Assembly: GCA_016213845.1 (NCBI GenBank)
Contig: JACQZN010000082.1
Location: 32,431-96,430 of the forward strand
Origin: Candidatus Wallbacteria bacterium
GTDB lineage: Bacteria; Muiribacteriota; UBA6191; JACPRK01
Length of the DNA stretch: 64,000 nt
Direction of reading: 5' to 3'
Shown piece by piece: positions 60,227-64,000 of the stretch. Both the position numbers and the translations under genes were made by a program. Position 1 is the stretch's first letter; each line of letters opens with the position of its first letter. Below the pieces are notes generated by a model. That model saw nothing but the letters and a program-made list of their open reading frames with translations, was not told the origin of the DNA and did no database searches.

Positions 60227-62530
60227 ATGTCTCATCTGCTCTGGAGCCTTTTCCAGACGTTCGTCCAGTCGGTCCTGATGCCGTTCGCGGTGCTCGGTTT
60301 CGTGCACCTGCTCTGCGCCATCCACGGCAAGGACCGCCTGGAGCGCGAGCTTCCCAGCGCCGCCGAGCTGGCGCGGCGGCCCGCCCTGGAGACGCGCGTT
60401 CTGGACCGCAACGGCGTGCTCCTGGCCACGCTGCGCGACGAGCAATCCCGCTCCGAGCTGGTGCCTTTGGCCGACATCCCCCTGTTGACGCGCCTGGCCT
60501 TCGTCGCCGTCGAGGACGAGCGCTTCTTCCAGCACGACGGGATCGACCCCAAGGCCATCGTCCGCGCGGCGGTGAAGAACCTGCGCGCCGGCGGCCTGGT
60601 CGAGGGCGGCAGCACCATTACCCAGCAGCTGGTCAAGAACCGCTTCCTCACTTCCGAACGCAGCCTCGACCGCAAGCTCAAGGAGTTCCTGCTGGCGCTG
60701 AAGATGGAACGGATCTTCTCCAAGGAAGAGATCCTCTGTCAGTACCTGAACGAGATCTACTTCGGGCAGGGCGTCTACGGAATCGGCGCCGCCGCGCGCT
60801 CTTACTTCGGAAAGCCTGCATCGTCCCTCACGCTCGGCGAATCGGCCATTCTCGCGGGGATGGTCAAGGCGCCCAACCGCTACAACCCCTTCCGGCCGAA
60901 CGAGGCCTGGCGAGAGCGCCAGCGCCTGGTGCTGGGCAAGCTGGTCGAGCTGGGATACGTCAGCCCGGAGCAAGCGCGCCAAGCCGAGGCCGAGCCGCCC
61001 AGGTTCGCCCGCGGCCTGCTGCCGGGAGAGGCCCCGGAAAAGGCGCCGTACTTCGTCTCTCAGGTGAAGCGCTGGCTCATCGACACTTACGGATTCAAGA
61101 CCGCCTTCACGGGAGGCCTTCGCGTGACGACCACTCTGGATTGGCGCATCCAGCAGCAGGCCGAGCGGGCCTTCCTCGGCGCGGCAGTCTTCAAGAACCG
61201 CCCCGAATCGAGCGACCCGACCCTCCAGGGGGCTTTCGTCGCGCTCGATCCCGCCTCCGGGGACGTGCTCTCGATGATCGGTGGCAGAGGCTTTGCCACC
61301 AGTCAGTTCAACCGCGCCGTCCAGGCGCGCCGTCAGCCTGGCTCTTCCTTCAAACCGTTCGTTTACTGCGCCGCGCTCTTCGAGGGGCTGGAAGGCAACA
61401 CCGTCATCGACGACGAGCCGGTCGCCTTCGAGGACCAGGCCCACGTCCAGCTCTGGGAGCCGCGCAACTCGGGCAACGTTTACAACGGTCCGACGACGCT
61501 GGCCGAGGCGCTGGCGCGTTCCTTCAACGCCGTCGCAGTCAAGCTGCTCGACCAGGTCGGCATCCTCGACACGGTCGAGATCGCGCGCCGCCTGGGAATC
61601 GCCACCCCGTTGCACAACGGCCTGAGCCTGGCACTCGGCGCCAGTGAAGTGACGCTGATGGAGATGGTGAGCGCCTATTCCGTCTTCGGCAATCGCGGCA
61701 TGCGCGCTCTGCCCAGGACCATTCTCAAGGTCGAGGACTACGACGGCAAGCTGCTGCAGCTCTCGGGCTCCGACCAGCGCGACGCGATCGACGAGGTGAC
61801 GGCCTTCTCGATGACTCAAATGCTCCGCGGAGTCGTCGAGCGCGGGACCGGGCGCGCCGCTCGCGTCGAAGGTCACCCGGTCGCCGGCAAGACGGGCACC
61901 ACCAACGGCTACGTGGACGCCTGGTTCATCGGTTTCACCCCTCGGATAGCCGCCGGATGCTACGTGGGCCACGATGACCGCAAGCGCCTGGGCGGCAATG
62001 CCACGGGCGGCCGGGTCGCCGCCCCGATCGTCGGCGCGTTCCTGAACGACTATCTGAAAGGCCGCGAACCCGTTCCCTTCCAGCGCCCCGCCACCGTCGA
62101 CCTGATCCAGGTGTGCGGCGAGACCGGCATGCTCGCCTCCGAGGACTGCGAGGACACCTGGGAGATCGCCTTCGACCAGGGTCGCGCCCCCGGCGAGGAG
62201 TGCGAGGGCCACGAGGGCATGGCCTACGAGCCGCCTGCCGACGAGGACGATATGGCCGACGAGAGCCCGCCCCCGCGGCCCTGGATGCAGCTGCCGGAAT
62301 CGGTCGAGGCCACATCCGACGCGGCCACGCCTGAGGGACCTTCCGGCGTCTTCGGCGCGCCGTCCACCGAGGACTCCGTGGAGTCGACCCGCCAGTACGC
62401 GCGCTCCCTGCGCCCCTGGGCCGGCCGGGCGAGCTCTGCCCAGGACGTGCGCGCCCGCATCCGCCGCTGGCTGCGTCCCGAGGTGGACGAGCAGCAGGAC
62501 GATCCGCCCGTCGAACCGCCGCCACAGTAA
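60227..62530 (+). CDS. Class A penicillin-binding protein (PBP1A-type bifunctional transglycosylase/transpeptidase)
   Basis: GT51 motifs (AVEDERFFQHDGID, GGSTITQQL, RKLKE), transpeptidase SxxK (SSFKP), SxN and KTGT. The acidic/Pro-rich C-terminal tail is disordered. Confidence 0.9.
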   Translation: MSHLLWSLFQTFVQSVLMPFAVLGFVHLLCAIHGKDRLERELPSAAELARRPALETRVLDRNGVLLATLRDEQSRSELVPLADIPLLTRLAFVAVEDERFFQHDGIDPKAIVRAAVKNLRAGGLVEGGSTITQQLVKNRFLTSERSLDRKLKEFLLALKMERIFSKEEILCQYLNEIYFGQGVYGIGAAARSYFGKPASSLTLGESAILAGMVKAPNRYNPFRPNEAWRERQRLVLGKLVELGYVSPEQARQAEAEPPRFARGLLPGEAPEKAPYFVSQVKRWLIDTYGFKTAFTGGLRVTTTLDWRIQQQAERAFLGAAVFKNRPESSDPTLQGAFVALDPASGDVLSMIGGRGFATSQFNRAVQARRQPGSSFKPFVYCAALFEGLEGNTVIDDEPVAFEDQAHVQLWEPRNSGNVYNGPTTLAEALARSFNAVAVKLLDQVGILDTVEIARRLGIATPLHNGLSLALGASEVTLMEMVSAYSVFGNRGMRALPRTILKVEDYDGKLLQLSGSDQRDAIDEVTAFSMTQMLRGVVERGTGRAARVEGHPVAGKTGTTNGYVDAWFIGFTPRIAAGCYVGHDDRKRLGGNATGGRVAAPIVGAFLNDYLKGREPVPFQRPATVDLIQVCGETGMLASEDCEDTWEIAFDQGRAPGEECEGHEGMAYEPPADEDDMADESPPPRPWMQLPESVEATSDAATPEGPSGVFGAPSTEDSVESTRQYARSLRPWAGRASSAQDVRARIRRWLRPEVDEQQDDPPVEPPPQ

Positions 62531-62644
62531 CGCCCATCACGGTGGCGTCCCGGGCCGAACGCCGGCGGCTTGACTCCGGTTCTTTGGCCGGAGCATTGTG
62601 TCGGCGCCCCGGGGCGCCTACGACGGCGTACTCGGGCCCATCCC

Positions 62645-63967
62645 ATGTCGAGAAAACGCAAAGTCGTCATCATCGGTGCCGCGGGCAGGGACTTTCAAAA
62701 CTTCAACTCGGTCTACAAGCACGACGACCTGCACGAGATCGTCGCGTTCACGGCCACGCAGATCCCCGGGATCTCGGGGCGCAAGTACCCCGCCAGCCTC
62801 GCCGGGCCTGCCTATCCAGACGGCATCCCCATCGTCGAGGAGGACCTCCTCGAGCAGCTCATCGCCGAGCGGCGCGTCGACGAGTGCGTGCTCAGCTACA
62901 GCGATCTCTCCTACAACTACGTGATGCGCCTGGCCTCTCGCGTGCTCGCGGCCGGCGCCACCTTCTCGATGCTGGGCGCCCGCCAGACGATGTTCGAGAG
63001 CACCCGCCCCGTCATCGCCGTGGTGGCCGTCCGCACCGGGTGCGGCAAGAGTCAAACGACCCGCCGAGTCGTGGAGCTGCTGCGCAGGGCGGGCAAGCGG
63101 GTCGTCGCCGTGCGCCACCCGATGCCCTACGGCGACCTCGAAAAGCAGCGCCTGCAGCGCTTCGCCACGCTCGAGGATCTCCGGCTCCACCAGTGCACCA
63201 TCGAGGAGATGGAAGAGTACGAGCCTCATCTGGCGCAGGGCAGCATCGTCTACTCCGGCGTCGACTACGAGGCCATACTTCGCGAAGCCGAGAAGGAGGC
63301 CGACGTCATCGTCTGGGACGGGGGCAACAACGACACGCCCTTCTTCCGCCCCAGCCTCACCATCACCGTTGCCGATCCCTTGCGGCCCGGCCACGAGGTC
63401 TCCTACTACCCCGGCGAGGTCAACTTCCGCATGGCCGACGTCCTCGTCATCAACAAGGTCGATTCGGCCCGCCCCGAGGACGTCGCCACCATCGAACGCA
63501 ACGCCCGCCAGCTCAATCCGCGCGCCCGCGTCATCAAGGCTGCCTCCATCCTGCACGTCGAGGACCCCTCCGTCATCCGCGGCCGCCGCGTCCTGGTCAT
63601 CGAGGACGGTCCCACGCTCACCCACGGCGAGATGCGCCTGGGGGCGGGCGTCGTTGCTGCCGAGCGCGCCGGCGCCGCGGAGCTGGTCGACCCCAGGCCC
63701 TACGCCGTCGGCGCCATCGCCGGCGCCTTCGTCCGTTACCCCCACATGGGACGGCTGCTCCCCGCGCTAGGATACGGCGCGGCCCAGATGGCCGAGCTGG
63801 CAGAGACCATCGCCCGCACCGACTGCGACGCCGTCGTCGTCGCCACCCCGATCGACCTGGCGCGCTACATCCGCATCGACAAGCCCGTCACCCGCGTGCA
63901 GTACGAGCTCTCGGCCGCCGCCCGAGACGAGCTCGAGGTCATCTTGAAAGAGAGGCGATTCATCTAA
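62645..63967 (+). CDS. P-loop protein resembling cyclic 2,3-diphosphoglycerate synthetase (CpgS-like)
   Basis: N-terminal KVVIIGAAGRDFQNFN..VVAFTATQIPGI..YP..LAGP.YP.GIPIV block and a central P-loop GCGKSQT. Length 440 aa. The family assignment is from memory of the methanogen CpgS family, not from a search. Confidence 0.45.
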   Translation: MSRKRKVVIIGAAGRDFQNFNSVYKHDDLHEIVAFTATQIPGISGRKYPASLAGPAYPDGIPIVEEDLLEQLIAERRVDECVLSYSDLSYNYVMRLASRVLAAGATFSMLGARQTMFESTRPVIAVVAVRTGCGKSQTTRRVVELLRRAGKRVVAVRHPMPYGDLEKQRLQRFATLEDLRLHQCTIEEMEEYEPHLAQGSIVYSGVDYEAILREAEKEADVIVWDGGNNDTPFFRPSLTITVADPLRPGHEVSYYPGEVNFRMADVLVINKVDSARPEDVATIERNARQLNPRARVIKAASILHVEDPSVIRGRRVLVIEDGPTLTHGEMRLGAGVVAAERAGAAELVDPRPYAVGAIAGAFVRYPHMGRLLPALGYGAAQMAELAETIARTDCDAVVVATPIDLARYIRIDKPVTRVQYELSAAARDELEVILKERRFI

Positions 63968-64000
63968 TGTGGGAATCGACGCTCACCGTCGCTCTCGTCA

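Noticed and set aside
1-64000. Mobile element / prophage / genomic island
   Set aside because: There is no integrase, transposase, tRNA, or flanking direct repeat defining an island. The only rearrangement signal is the small duplication near 59650.

Overview
This is a 64 kb, very GC-rich (about 68-70%) bacterial chromosomal segment, roughly 90% coding. The organism is clearly diderm, with TolC-family, SLH-porin, pseudopilin and RND genes. I saw no rRNA, tRNA, CRISPR array, IS transposase or integrase. Most long antisense ORFs in the six-frame track are GC artefacts lying opposite real genes.

Gene content in order: a Cu/Ag-type RND efflux operon (CusC-like 5' partial, CusB-like adaptor with two heavy-metal-binding motifs, CusA-like pump) followed by a His-rich periplasmic protein and a tyrosine-phosphatase-family protein. 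Then a minus-strand run of coxSLM-like Mo-hydroxylase genes, PilT, a degenerate GspE-like pseudo-ATPase and a CheY-like regulator, all tightly spaced. Then a SirB1/transglutaminase-like protein, a Ser/Thr kinase with an extracellular BNR beta-propeller, and a divergent REC-histidine-kinase hybrid. Then an SLH-domain outer-membrane porin, an esterase, and a tightly coupled 4-gene module (ABC ATPase, polytopic membrane protein fused to a CPBP/CAAX protease, TPR-like periplasmic protein, FHA-GAF histidine kinase). Then a GDPD, a 70-aa histone-fold protein, an amidohydrolase, a dienelactone hydrolase, and a 1926-aa secreted protein of CARDB, PPC and PKD-like repeats. Then a KDA-repeat lipoprotein, a GT4 glycosyltransferase, an orphan GspK/I/J-like minor pseudopilin set, a HEAT/FecR membrane protein and a WD40 protein. 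Then a PLP transsulfuration enzyme and a MacAB-TolC-like exporter whose adaptor is a 939-aa covalently duplicated HlyD-family lipoprotein, plus a third adaptor. Finally Kup, a degenerate mosaic region (duplicated HlyD 3' fragment, Kelch fragment), PBP1A, and a cyclic-2,3-diphosphoglycerate-synthetase-like P-loop protein.

Four or five short repeat families recur together in at least six intergenic regions.
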